Of a stretch of 64,000 nucleotides of DNA, positions 27,223 to 39,250 are shown in pieces (positions within the stretch are counted from its first letter, which is position 1; the number at the start of each line of letters is the position of its first letter). Below the pieces are notes generated by a model. The model ran no database searches. It was not told the origin of the DNA and worked only from the letters and a program-made list of their open reading frames with translations. Source of the DNA: Octopus sinensis (lineage: Eukaryota); NCBI RefSeq assembly GCF_006345805.1, contig NC_043024.1, positions 8,618,001 through 8,682,000 on the forward strand. Reading direction: 5' to 3'. Position numbers and translations under genes: made by a program.

Positions 27223-27610
27223 CCCTTTCGTTACTGTATTTCTGTTGAGATGCTCTGTGTTTCTTTCGATTACTTTAAATATAACAAAGAATTTAGTAAA
27301 ATAACTTAGTTATCATTCAGCTAGTGTTAGGAACATAAATTGTGAATAAGGTTTGGGGGAAGATTTTAATTCTAAACTTATGGAAACAAGACATTTGTAC
27401 TCAGAGCCAGAGACGGTTTCAGCCAGGTTGATAACGAAAGGGTTAAATATAATAAAGAATTTAGTGAAATAACTTAGTTATCATTCAGCTAGTGTTAGGA
27501 ACATTAATTGTGACTATGGTTTGGTGGAAGATTTTAATTCAGAAATTATGAAAACAAGACATTTGTACTCAGAGCCAAAGCCGGTTTCAACCAGGTTGGT
27601 AATGAAAGGG
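27223..27610. mobile_element. piggyBac-like MITE (27223-27442) plus tandem 5'-truncated copy (27447-27610)
   Basis: TTAA-flanked CCCTTTCGTTAC/GATAACGAAAGGG termini, followed directly by a repeat of the right two-thirds. Confidence 0.8.
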
Positions 27611-28986
27611 TTATGACAACATGTTGGCAGAATTGTTAGGATGCCAGACAAAAACTTTGAGTGACATCTCGTCTAGCTTAACATTCTGAGTTCAAATTCC
27701 ACTGAAGTCAACTTTACTTTTCATCTTTCCAGGGTTGATAAAATAAATACCAGTTGTGTACTAGGGTCAATATAATCAGCTAACCCCCTTCCCCAAAATT
27801 TCAATAAATACCAGTAATATAATTAGCTAACACCCTTCCCTGAAATTTCAGACCTTGGCAGCGAGGTGGCAGAATCGTTAGCACATCTGACAAAATGCTT
27901 AACGACATTTCTTCCAGCTTAATTTAATAAATTAAGATATGTTCTGGCCAAAGATTGGCCCAGGCCGTCTCTAATTTAAGTCATTTTTAAGTGAAGTTTT
28001 CTGGTATCATGGCCCATTTAAGTAGAGAGTTGTTGTTGATTGAGATGTATCTAGGTATGGGTGGCTTATCTGGTGTCCCTTGAAGAAATTTGTCTAGCTT
28101 TTTTACATTCTTAGTTCAAATCTTTGCCTAGATATCAGTCAAGTACTGGAGTTGGGGTTACTAACTGACCCCACACTTCTCAAAATCACTGGCCCCGTAC
28201 CTAAATCATAAACCATTATTATTATTACTATTATTATTATTACTCCACTAAGGTTGACTTTGCTTTCACCCTTTCAGGGTCAATGAAATAAAGTACCAGC
28301 TAAGCACTGAGATTGATGTAATCGAACTGACCCCACCACCACAACCAAAAAAAAAAAAAATTAAAGGTCCTGAGCCCTATAGTAGAAAAGATTATTATTA
28401 TTATTATCAAAAAGGCAGCTAGCTGGCAGAATATTTAGTGGTACCTCGTCCATCTTTACGTTCCGAGCTCAAATTCCGCCAGGGTTGATTTTTGCCTTTC
28501 ATTGTTGATAAAATAAGTACCTGGGGGGGTCAATGTGATCAACTCGACCCCTTCCTCCAAATCTGCTGGCCTTGTACCCGAATTTGAAACTATCATTAAG
28601 GCCACAAGCCGGCAGGATCGTTAGCAAACCGGGCAAAACGCTTAGCAGCAATTCTTCTAGTTTTTACATTCTGAGCTCAACTTTGCCCCTTTGGAGGGGA
28701 TCGATAAAATAAGTACCTGTCAAGCACTGGGGTTGATACGAGTGACTAGCCCCCATCCCCCCAAAATTTTAAGGCCTTGCGCCTATTATAATAGAAAGGA
28801 TTATTGTTGTTATTATTATCATTATTATTATTATTAATCATCATCATCACTGTTCATATTTTACCCTTCATCTTTGAATGTCCCCTAACCCCTATCTGTA
28901 TGCTAAACACGCATGCTTTCTAGATCTGCTTTATGTAACATAGTAGAGAACTCTTAAACAAGGTCTGCCTCTGTTAAAAAGCTCAA

Positions 28987-29017
<31 letters not shown>

Positions 29018-29714
29018 TCATTTTTTTTTTTCTGTTAATCAGTAATATTAAAGTCTATTATGAAAAAAGAAAAGACAAAAAATTCAAACAAAAATAAAAA
29101 TCTTAGTTGGTTCCATTTGAATTTAAATCTGGAGAACAAGAAGATAAATCTGGTAATCCTACATTGGATAGAAATGGGTGTGTATATGTTTGTGTATATT
29201 TTATATGTGTGAGTATATATATATATGTGTGTGTATGTATATGCGTGTAAGGATATAGGTATATATGGGGGCACGTGGCCTAGTGGTTAGAGCAGCAGGC
29301 TCGTGGTTGAGGGATCGCGGGTTCGAATCTCAGACCGGGCGATGTGTGTGTTTATGAGCGAAACACCTAAGCTCCACACGGCTCCGGCAGAAGGTAATGG
29401 CGAAACTTCTGCTGACTTTTTCGCCATAACTTTCTCTCACTCTTTCCTCCTGCATCTTGCAGCTCACCTGCAACGGACCGGCATCCCGTACAGGTAGGGA
29501 ACCTATACGCCAAGTAAACCGGCCCTTATGAACCAAGCATGGCTTGAGAAGGAACAAACAAACGGCATGTATGCATATGAGTGTGTATATATATATATAT
29601 ATAATATATATATGTGAGTGTGTATCTATATGTATATATATAATAATATTAGGGAGTAAATCCAAACTTACAGGGAAAATTAGATTTAGGATTAAATCTA
29701 ATTTTACAGTATAA

Positions 29715-31112
29715 ATATAAATTAAATTAGAGATAAAACCACTATTAGGCAAATCAGTGAAAACAAACTAAAACATAGAAATAAAATTAATTAATATAAT
29801 ATACAAAATATATAAAATTTAAAGTTAAAGTTAAAAATTTAAAATTAATTTATATTTATAAATTTATATATATATATATTTTTTTTTATTCTTTATTTAA
29901 AAAATTTTTTATATATATATATTTTTTATTAAATATATATAACTATCAAAAAGTATTAAAAAGTTTAATATAAGATAAAAAGTAAAACCACTACAATTGT
30001 TTCATGCCCATAACCTAATTCGAATAACAATAATTTAAATTCAATTAATTCGAATTATGGTTATAGTCAATCTTCAGGTTAATGATAATAGTTAAATAAA
30101 TAATTAAATATATTTAAACAATATTTTTTTTTTAAGAAATAAATAAAATAATTTTTCTAATAAAAAACTCTATTATCAAACTAGAAACTTTAACGATTAT
30201 GATTATGTCATACAATCGATTATAATGTTAAATATTAATTTTTAAGGTAAGAATAGATTGAAAATGTATTTATCTATTCAGATATAATATGGCTTTAAAA
30301 AAACATAATAAACTCACAAATAATCTAATCTCAGTTATAGTCAATATCTAATTACCTAATTATTTAACAAAAAAATTTTTTTTAAATAATCACTATTCAT
30401 ATTATTAAATTTAATTTCAAATCAAATAATTATATAATATTTGAATAATAACTAAATTATCAATGAATATATATAAATGTATATAAATATAAGAATTAAG
30501 ATCTAAAATTATCTCTAGCAATAAATATATATGCACGTATAATAAAAACCTAATAAATTAATTATTCATTATTACTTATGAAATATATTAAAAATTAAAA
30601 GATTAAAGATGAAAAAGCAAATCGTAAACAAACAAATAAACTATCTAAAAAGAACGCTATAACTAATTAACGATCCATATATCTCGTCGGCTAATTAATA
30701 ATTTACAAAAACCGTATAGTTAAGAACTATAATGAAATACATATCTTCAACAACTAAATACTTATACAATGAAATTATCAATCCGTAGTTATATTTATCA
30801 ATGAAAAATACTACTACAAATTATCAATTGAAAATAGCAATATATAAGTTATAATTGAACGAAGTCAACCATTAGAGATATTTATGAATATACAAAATAG
30901 CTTAAAAAAACATAAACTCACAAATATCCTTAACTCAGCTATAGTCCCAAAATTTAATTACCAAAATAATTAACTAAAAAATCATTATTCATATATTAGA
31001 TTTAAGTACACATCTAACAGTTATATTAATTAATTTTATTTCTATGTTTTGGTTTATGTTTTTCACTGTTTGATTTGCCTAATAGTGGTTTTATCTCTAA
31101 TTTAATTTATAT
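29715..31112. mobile_element. Extremely AT-rich element with about 85-90-bp terminal inverted repeats and an internal hammerhead-like motif
   Basis: 29715-29799 is the reverse complement of 31021-31112 apart from small indels. Internal direct repeat at about 30291-30375 and 30900-30985. Confidence 0.7.
29986..30083 (-). ncRNA. Hammerhead-like motif with extended stem II
   Basis: CUGAAGA, long AU-rich hairpin (UGACUAUAACC/GGUUAUGGGCA and UAAUUCGAAU/AUUCGAAUUA), then GAAA CAAUUG UA with a GUA triplet and palindromic ACAAUUGU. Stem I is weak. Confidence 0.5.
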
Positions 31113-31491
31113 GGAGTGGCTGTGTGGTAAGTAGCTTGCTAACCAACCAGATGGTTCCGGGTTCAGTCCCACAGCGTGGCACCTTGGGCAAGTGTCTTCT
31201 GCTATAGCCCCGGGCCGACCAATGCCTTGTGAGTGGATTTGGTAGACGGAAACTGAAAGAAGCCTGTCGTATATATGTATGTGTGTGTCTGTGTTTGTCC
31301 CCCTAGCATTGCTTGACAACCGATGCTGGTGTGTTTACGTCCCCGTCACTTAGCAGTTCAGCAAAAGAGACTCTATAGAATAAGTACTGGGCTTACAAAG
31401 AATAAGTCCCGATGTTGATTTGCTCGACTGAAGGCGGATCTCCAGCATGGCCGCAGTCAAAATGACTGAAAAAGAGAAAAGAAAGAGATAT

Positions 31492-31561
<70 letters not shown>

Positions 31562-31613
31562 AAAAAGACAAGTGAGAAAACAACAAGCAAGTGTATTAGT
31601 TTGATGCTCAGCA

Positions 31614-31652
31614 AGTCTTCGATGTTTCGAGTCTACACTCTTCATCAGAAAG
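31614..31652 (-). ncRNA. Minimal type I hammerhead motif with intact catalytic core
   Basis: CUUU CUGAUGA A GAGU GUAG ACUC GAAAC AUC GAAG. Stem I is 4 bp, stem II is 4 bp and the NUH triplet is AUC. Confidence 0.68.
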
Positions 31653-32214
31653 GATTGAGGAGAGAAAAAAAAAAGTGTTGGGATTAATGGTTTAACATGA
31701 TGAAATTATATAGATATATGAGTGTGTATGTATATATGTGTGTATATGTATTATGCAATGTATAACACCCCGGTCAGTCCTAACCCAGCTGATCAATGCT
31801 AAGACAGAGGAGAGAAGCATGAGGAAGATTTGGCTGTTGTTTTTAGCAGCTCAGGTAAAAATACTGATGTTTTTCTATCAGCTCCTGCGTAACAGTTTTT
31901 TTTATATATAATTTCATGATAACCATTAGAAATGTCTTTGGTTTTTGTCTTTTTTTTTCCTTTTCTATTTTGGTTCTAATGTTGGGGTGGATGGGATATG
32001 GGACATATGATATAAAGCCTTGTGAGTGGATTTGGTTGACGGAAACTGAAAGAAGCCCGTCGTATATATGTATATACATGTGAGTTTGTATGTCTGTGTT
32101 TGTCACCCCCAACATCGCTTGACAGCCAATGCGGGTGTGTTTATGTCCCCATCACTTAGCGGTTCGGCAAAGAGACCGATAGAATAAGTACTGGGCTTAC
32201 AAGTACTGTATATA

Positions 32215-32441
32215 CAGGGTTGGCCAAAAGTCACCTGGCAGTAAATCAAGACCATTTAATTCCAAGGTTTATGTGTAACAACCGAATGAATTTAATAAAA
32301 GCATCTAAATATGAAACGATGAAAATTGTTCAAACTGAAGTCCATTTTGAGCGACACATTTTTCCATTCGAGTCAATACAGAAATACAGATAGTGTTTAT
32401 AGAATTTTGATTTACAGTCGGGTGTCTTTTGGCCAACCCTG
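32215..32441. mobile_element. Tc1/mariner-type MITE
   Basis: TA|CAGGGTTGGCCAAAAG...CTTTTGGCCAACCCTG|TA. Confidence 0.85.
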
Positions 32442-34802
32442 TATATGATTTTTAGATTAACACTGGATCTCCTAACGGCAATGTAAGCTTCAAATAGTCA
32501 ATGTATCCTTGGCCTGAAAAGTACCTTGCAGTCTACCCCTCGTTTGGATAATTTATTACTCCCGAGGTTCTGCTAGCTGTGAATCATAGCATGGATTTTA
32601 TCAACTCTATTCCCTAATTTTGGGATATATATATATAATATATAGGCAGAGGAGTGGCTGTGTGGTAAGTAGGTTGTTTACCAACCACATGGTTCCGGGT
32701 TCAGTCCCACTGCGTGGAACCTTGGGCAAGTGTCTTCTACTATAGCCTTGGGCCGACCAAAGCCTTGTGAGTGGATTTGGTAGACGGAAACTGAAAGAAG
32801 CCCGTCGTATATATGTATGTGTGAGTTTATATGTCTGTGTTTGTCCTCCCAACATTGCTTGACAGCTGATGCTGGTGTGTTTATGTCCCCGTTACTTAGC
32901 GGTTCGGCAAAGAGACCGATAGATTAAGTACTTGGCTTACAAAGAATAAGTCCCGGGGTCGAGTTGCTTGATTAAAGGCGGTGCTCCAGCATGGCCGCAG
33001 TCAAAATGACTGAAACAAGTAAAAGAGTATATATATATATATATACACACACACATACATACATACATACAAACCAGTGTGTTTATGGATATGTGCGCAT
33101 TTGTATTGTGTGTAAATATAAAAATATATTGTGTAGGGAGCATAAATTGTTTGCAGAAATACCTGCAAGATATTATTAGACTTCTTCAACTTTTAAGCGT
33201 TTTCCCTTCCATCCTTTCATGGTCGACGCATACAGACTATACACCAGGCCCCTCTCCTCACTTGCACCACTTCATAATTGGGTTCTGAGGATGGCCTAGT
33301 GGTTAGGGTTTTGCCCTTGTGATTGCAAGATTCCGGTTTTGATTCCTGTGGTATATCGTGTCCTTGAGCAAGACACTTTTTTTCATGTCTCTCTAGTGCA
33401 CTCAGGGGTAAATGGGTGACCCTGCGATGGACTGGAGTCCTGTTCTAGGAGAATATTGACCCCCTCACCTAGCCAGTGGGTGGAATCCTTTGTAAATAAC
33501 AATGAGGAAGTGCATTGTGACCAGCAGTGTATAACAACTACTGATAGTCTGATCACTATAGCAATATATATGTGGCTGTGTGGTAAGAAGCTTGCTTCCC
33601 AACCACATGGTCCTGGGTTCAGTCCCAGTGCATGACATCCTGGGCAAGAGTCTTCTATTATAGCCTTAGATCAACAAAAAGCCTTGTGAATGGATTTGGT
33701 AGTTGGAAACTGAAAGAAGCCCATCATATGATACATATTTATATATCTATCTGTGTGACTTTGTGCTTGGTCCCACTTGAAAACCGGTGTTGGTGTGTTT
33801 CTGTTCCCCTAACTTAGCAGTTCAGCTAAAAGAGACTGATAGAATAAGTACTGGGTTTAAAAAAGTAAGCAGTGGGGGGTCGATTCACTCTACTGAAAAT
33901 TTTTCCAGCTGGTGCCCCAGAATGGCCACAGTCTAATGACTGAAACAAGTAAAAAAGGTAACACGGACAGTTTCACCTAGAGCCACACAGGTTTTTCAGG
34001 CAAATTGTAACTGTAAAATTGATAGGATTAGAACACACACACACACATATATGTGTGTGTATGTATGTATATATATATGTATGTGTGTATGTATATATGT
34101 GTGTGTGTATGTATATATGTGTGTGTGTATGCATATGTGTGTATGTATGTATATGTGTGTGTATGTATATGTGTGTGTATATATGTATGTGTGTGTGTAT
34201 ATATATATATAGGTGTGTGTATAATTTTGGTCCATTGGTTAGAGTATGTATATATATATATGTGTATGTATGCACACAGGCGTGGCTATGTGGTAAAAAG
34301 CTTGCTTCCCAACCACATGGTTCTGGGTTCAGTCCCACTGCATAGAACATTGGGTGTCTTCTACTACAGCCTTAGGTTGGCCAAAACCTTGAGTGGATTT
34401 GGTAAATGGAAACTGAAGGAAGCCTGTCACATAAATATTTTTGTGTGTGTACTGACAACCGGTGTTGGTGTGTTTATGTCTCCATGACTTAGCTGTCCAG
34501 CTAAAAGAGACCAATAGAATAAGTACCACACTTCATAAAAAGAAAAAGTCGATTCATTCGACTAAAAGGTTCTCCAAGGCATTGCTCCAGCATGGCTGTA
34601 GAAACAAGTAAAAGATTATATATATATATATATATATCTTACATATTTCAGTCATTAGACTGTGGCCATCCTGGGGCACTACGTTGAATTTTTAATCAAA
34701 TGAATCAATCCTGGTACTTAATTCTATTTGATCTCTTTTGCCAAACCACTAAGTTATAGGTACATAAACATACCAATACCAGTTGTCAAGTGGTGGTGAA
34801 AG

Positions 34803-34837
<35 letters not shown>

Positions 34838-34840
<3 letters not shown>

Positions 34841-35049
34841 ATTAGAAAAAACCACCTTTTATCAATTCAATAATGAAAAATTGAATTACACCATCTAGAA
34901 AATTACATATAATAGAAATATTAAAATCAAAATAAAATATTAATGATTAAGTAATGTGCAAAATAATCTTTCTATTATATGTAATTTTCTAGATGGTGTA
35001 ATTTAATTATTCATTTTGAATTGATAAAAGGGGTTTTTTTTCTAATTTA
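34838..35049. repeat. AT-rich foldback (about 80-bp arms, 50-nt spacer) inserted in (TA)n
   Basis: 34838-34918 is the near reverse complement of 34969-35049. Confidence 0.85.
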
Positions 35050-35103
35050 TATATATATTATATTTTGTGAATTTTTCCCTGTAAGTTTGGAATAACTCTT
35101 ATT

Positions 35104-35135
<32 letters not shown>

Positions 35136-35221
35136 TAAAGGGAAAGTTTACGAAAAAAGACAAAGACAGGTGGTGTACAAAACAAACAAATGTATTAGTA
35201 TAACGCTCAGGAATAGAAAAA

Positions 35222-35261
35222 ATCTTTTACGTTTCGAGCCTATGCTCTTCTACAGAAAGAT
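35222..35261 (-). ncRNA. Minimal type I hammerhead motif with A6U
   Basis: AUCUUU CUGUAGA A GAGC AUAG GCUC GAAAC GUA AAAGAU. Perfect 6-bp stem I, 4-bp stem II and palindromic ACGU. Same repeat family as 31614. Confidence 0.65.
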
Positions 35262-35402
35262 ACACAGAAAAAAACAAGGAGAGAAAAAAAAAGTGCGTGT
35301 AGTGGCTAACGATCTATCATGGTGTCTGACTCGGACAAAATGGTCAGACGGGAGGAGGAAAGTAGGGGAGATAACAAGGTAAGATGACCCCCAACACGAA
35401 GG

Positions 35403-35460
<58 letters not shown>

Positions 35461-37440
35461 TAACGTTAGGCTTCTTTCAGTGTCTATCTCTCAAATCCAC
35501 TCACAAGGTTTTGGTTGGCCCAAGGCTTTAGTAGAAGACACTTGCTTTGCCCAAAGTGCCATGCAGTGTGACTGAACCCAGAGCCATGTGGTTGGATATG
35601 CAGTTCCACATGTAGTCACGCAGGTTCTTCAGGTAAGTTGTATCTGTAAAACTGATGGGGTTAACACATTTTATATAAATCCTTAAATCCTTAAAAATGC
35701 TCTAGCCCGAAGGCCGTGGTCATGCTGGGGTACCATTTTTTTTGTCATAGAGTGTGATAGTAAGAAAGAAATATAATAGGCTGGGGTGAACAAGAGGGAA
35801 GAAAAGAAAAGGGGAAAAGGAGTAATAGAAAGAAAATGAAAAAGAAAGGATTAAAGAATAAAGTGCAACAGGTCAGCATCCCATCTAGAGAGGAATCTAC
35901 ATGCTTGAGAAAGTGGCCTCATGCCCCTTATGGAGGGGTGTGGATTAAAGATAAGGAAGTAAAGGAAGATTCTATTCTCACCCTTTTCCTTTCTGTTTTC
36001 GTCCCGTTCCCACCCCTTTATCATACCCTCTTCCAAGCAACTAGGAAACTATATCATCTTTTAATATTTTACTTGTTTCAGTCATTAGATTGTGGCCACC
36101 TTGGAGTACTTATAATTGAATGAATTAACCCTGGCATTTATTATTATTTTGTAAAAACCTGATACTTATTCTATCAGCTTCTTTTGCTGAACCACCAAGT
36201 TATGGGGATGTAAACACACCAACACTGGTTGTCAAGTAGTTGTGTGGGACACACACATATACACAAACAAGCTTCTTTCAGTTTCTGTCTACCAAATCCA
36301 CTCAAGGTTTTGTGAAGTGTCTTTGCTCAAGAACACAATGCATAGCTGGTCTGGGATTGAACTCACGATCTTGGGATCCCGAATGCAACACTCTAACCAC
36401 TGGGCCATAAATCTATATAAATATTTTTTCACCGGCACTCTGTTGGTTGCGATGATGAGGGTTCCAGTTAGTCTGAATGACACACAAACGCTTGTATATA
36501 ATGGGTTCTCCCACCAGTTTTGATGTATAAGGGTCTAACAGCCAAAATTATAATTGCTAGTTTAGTTGCTGACTGCTCGATCATGCAACAAGTAGTACTG
36601 GTTTACTTGTTACCAGCAGCACTCAAGAGCGACCTGACATCACACACACACACATATATATATATATATAATGGTTTGTGAGTATAGAGTGGCGACTGGT
36701 ACGATTGGACAGAAGCACCGGAAATAGCTGTGGTAATTATGCCTGAGTTATCTCCCTTACACCATTGTCTATTTAGACTTTTAGGCAAAAAGTTACTGGA
36801 GTTAATCATTATAATTCACAGAAACTCTTCGTTCTGGTGCCCCAGTATGACCGCTATCCTAACAGGGAATCCTAGGGAGAAGAATAAACAGTAATTAAAT
36901 TATGTAAATATATCTTACACGACCGCTTTTGAAAGTTTGTATAACTTATTGATGCCAGTATATTTGGTGGCATAGAACAAGAGGTAAGTTTGTGATGGAA
37001 ATAAACAGCACAACGGTTTCAATCCTGACTGATGCATGGCCTATGTAGTTCACTTTCTGTTCTTGATGGGGCTTTTGGCTTAGATGAGGGAGGGCCATGC
37101 CTCTGCCATTTCTTTGGGTCTCTGCAAATCATTGCAACAGAGTGGATGATACTAAATTACCCAAGGACCCGGTGCTGGTGTTAAACAAAGCAACAGATTA
37201 CATCTGCCATCCTCACCTATGCACACATAATGTTTAGTCAGAGGACCTCAAATAATTGTGGGAGAAAACAGGAATAATCTTCAGAAATACGACCCCAAAT
37301 ATTTATAAGAGAAGGGACTGCACTTAATCCTTCCACAGGAACAAGTGATTGTGTGGAACGGAAATGGAGGATTATTAGGAAAGGAATGAGCAACACAGCT
37401 ACTCATTAAATATTTCCTGGATGAACAAAAATAAAGATGT

Positions 37441-37880
37441 TGAGCTGGCAGAAACGTTAGCACGCCGAACGAAATGCTTAGCGGTATTTCGTCTGCCATT
37501 ACGTTCTGAGTTCAAATTCCGCTGAGGTCGACTTTACCTTTCATCCTTTCGGGGTCGGTTAAATAAGTACCAGTTACGCACTGGGGTCGATATAATCGAC
37601 TTAATCCGTTTGTCTGTCCTTATTTGTCCCCTCTGTGTTTAGCCCACATTGGGCTAAACACAGAGACGACAAATAAGGACTGGGCTAAACACAGAGGGGA
37701 CAGACAAACGGATTAAGTCGATTACATCGACCCCAGTGCGTAACTGGTACTTAATTTATCGACCCCGAAAGGATGAAAGGCAAAGTCGACCTCGGCGGAA
37801 TTTGAACCCAGAGCGTAGCAGCAGACAAAATACCACAAAGCATTTCGCCCGGCGTGCTAACGTTTCTGCCAGCTCGCCGC
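37441..37880. repeat. Tail-to-tail inverted pair of family C SINEs
   Basis: + copy at 37441-37647 is followed by a rearranged junction and a - copy ending at about 37880. Confidence 0.85.
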
Positions 37881-38912
37881 CTTAATATTCATAATTCTTT
37901 CTATTATAGGCAGAAGGCCTGAAATTTTGGTGGGAGGAGGTTAATCAATTACATTGACCCTTAAAGGGTAAAGGCAAAGTTGACCGTGGCTGAATTTGAA
38001 GATGGACAAAATACTGCTAAACATTATGACCAGCATGCTAAGGATTCTGCCAGCTTGCTGTCACAATTATAACAATAATAATAATAATCCTTTCTGCTAT
38101 AGATACAAGGCCTGAAATTTGCAGGGATAGGGTAAGTCAGTCACATCGATTCCAGGGTTCAACAGGTACTTATTTCATCGACCCCAAAAGGGTGAAAGGC
38201 AAAGTCAACTTCAGCAGAATTTGAACTCAGAACATAAAGACGGGCGAAATACCGCTAAGTATTTTGCCTACTCACTGCTTTAATAATAATAATAATAGTT
38301 ATAATAATAATCATCATCTTCGTTTAGCATCCGCTTTCCATGCTAGCATGGGTTGGATGGTTCAACTGTGGTCTGGGAAGCCAGAAGGCTGCACCAGGCC
38401 CAGTCTGATCTGGCAGTGTTTCTACAGCTGGATGCCCTTCCTAACGCCAACCACTCCATAAGTGTAGTGGGTGCTTTTTACGTGCCAGGCGAGACTGGCA
38501 AACAGCCACGATTGGATGGTGCTTTTTACGTGCCACTGGCACGAGGCCAGTCGGGGCGGCACTGGCAACGGCCACGTTCAGATGGTTCTCTTACGCACAA
38601 CCGGCACTAGTATCACAGCTGCAATTTCCATTGATGTTGATCGATTTCGGTTTTCACTTGCCTCAATCCGTTCCACTACAGGCACTTCATTATATCAACA
38701 CTGAGCATTTTGTCCAGCACACTAATGATTCTGCTTTAATAATAAGAATTCTTTCTAAATTTTGGTAGGAAGCTAGCTGTTCTGAGGGGAAGAGCAAGTC
38801 AGTTGCATCAGCCCCAGAACTGGACTTAAACTTTGTTTTATTAATCCTTGAAAGAATGAAAAGAAAAGTTGACAACAGTGGTATTTGATCACGTAAATGC
38901 AAAGACGGTCAA

Positions 38913-39250
38913 AGAGTCCAGAAGCTGGCTACCCGCATGGTTCTTGGTCTCAAGCATTTGTCTTATGAAGAAAGGCTGAAGACGCTCGACCTTTATTCTC
39001 TAGAAAAATGACGACGCCGTGGTCATCTCATTCTTGCTCACAACATCATAAGCGGAAAGTGTAACCTCTCGAAAGAGCTGTTCTTCACACCTGCTCGAGA
39101 ACATCGGCTGCGGGGCCACTCTGAAAAGCTCTATCTGCGACGATTTCATCTCAATCGAAGCAGAGGGGCTTTCTCCGTTCAGGTTGCGGATCCGTGGAAT
39201 AAGCTGCCGGACGAGATAGTGAAGATGCCGACGACCGCTCGGTTCAAAGT
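38913..39250 (+). mobile_element. CR1-type LINE 3' fragment
   Basis: Translates to [39 protein letters not shown]...RGHSEKL...FSVQVADPWNKLPDEIV, the typical C-terminus of CR1 ORF2. Confidence 0.85.

Noticed and set aside
29715-31112. Mitochondrial control-region NUMT
   Set aside because: No mitochondrial tRNA, rRNA or ORF is recognisable, and the TIRs argue for a mobile element. A BLAST is still needed to exclude it.
31821-31857. Signal-peptide first exon MRKIWLLFLAAQ|GT
   Set aside because: The same nucleotide motif occurs at about 45981, 59520 and 59735 as part of a dispersed repeat, and no downstream exons were found.
29650-35100. 5.4-kb composite element bounded by inverted CCAAACTTACAGGGAAAA at about 29664 and 35070
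   Set aside because: The match is short, there is no TSD, and independent copies of a common repeat explain it equally well.
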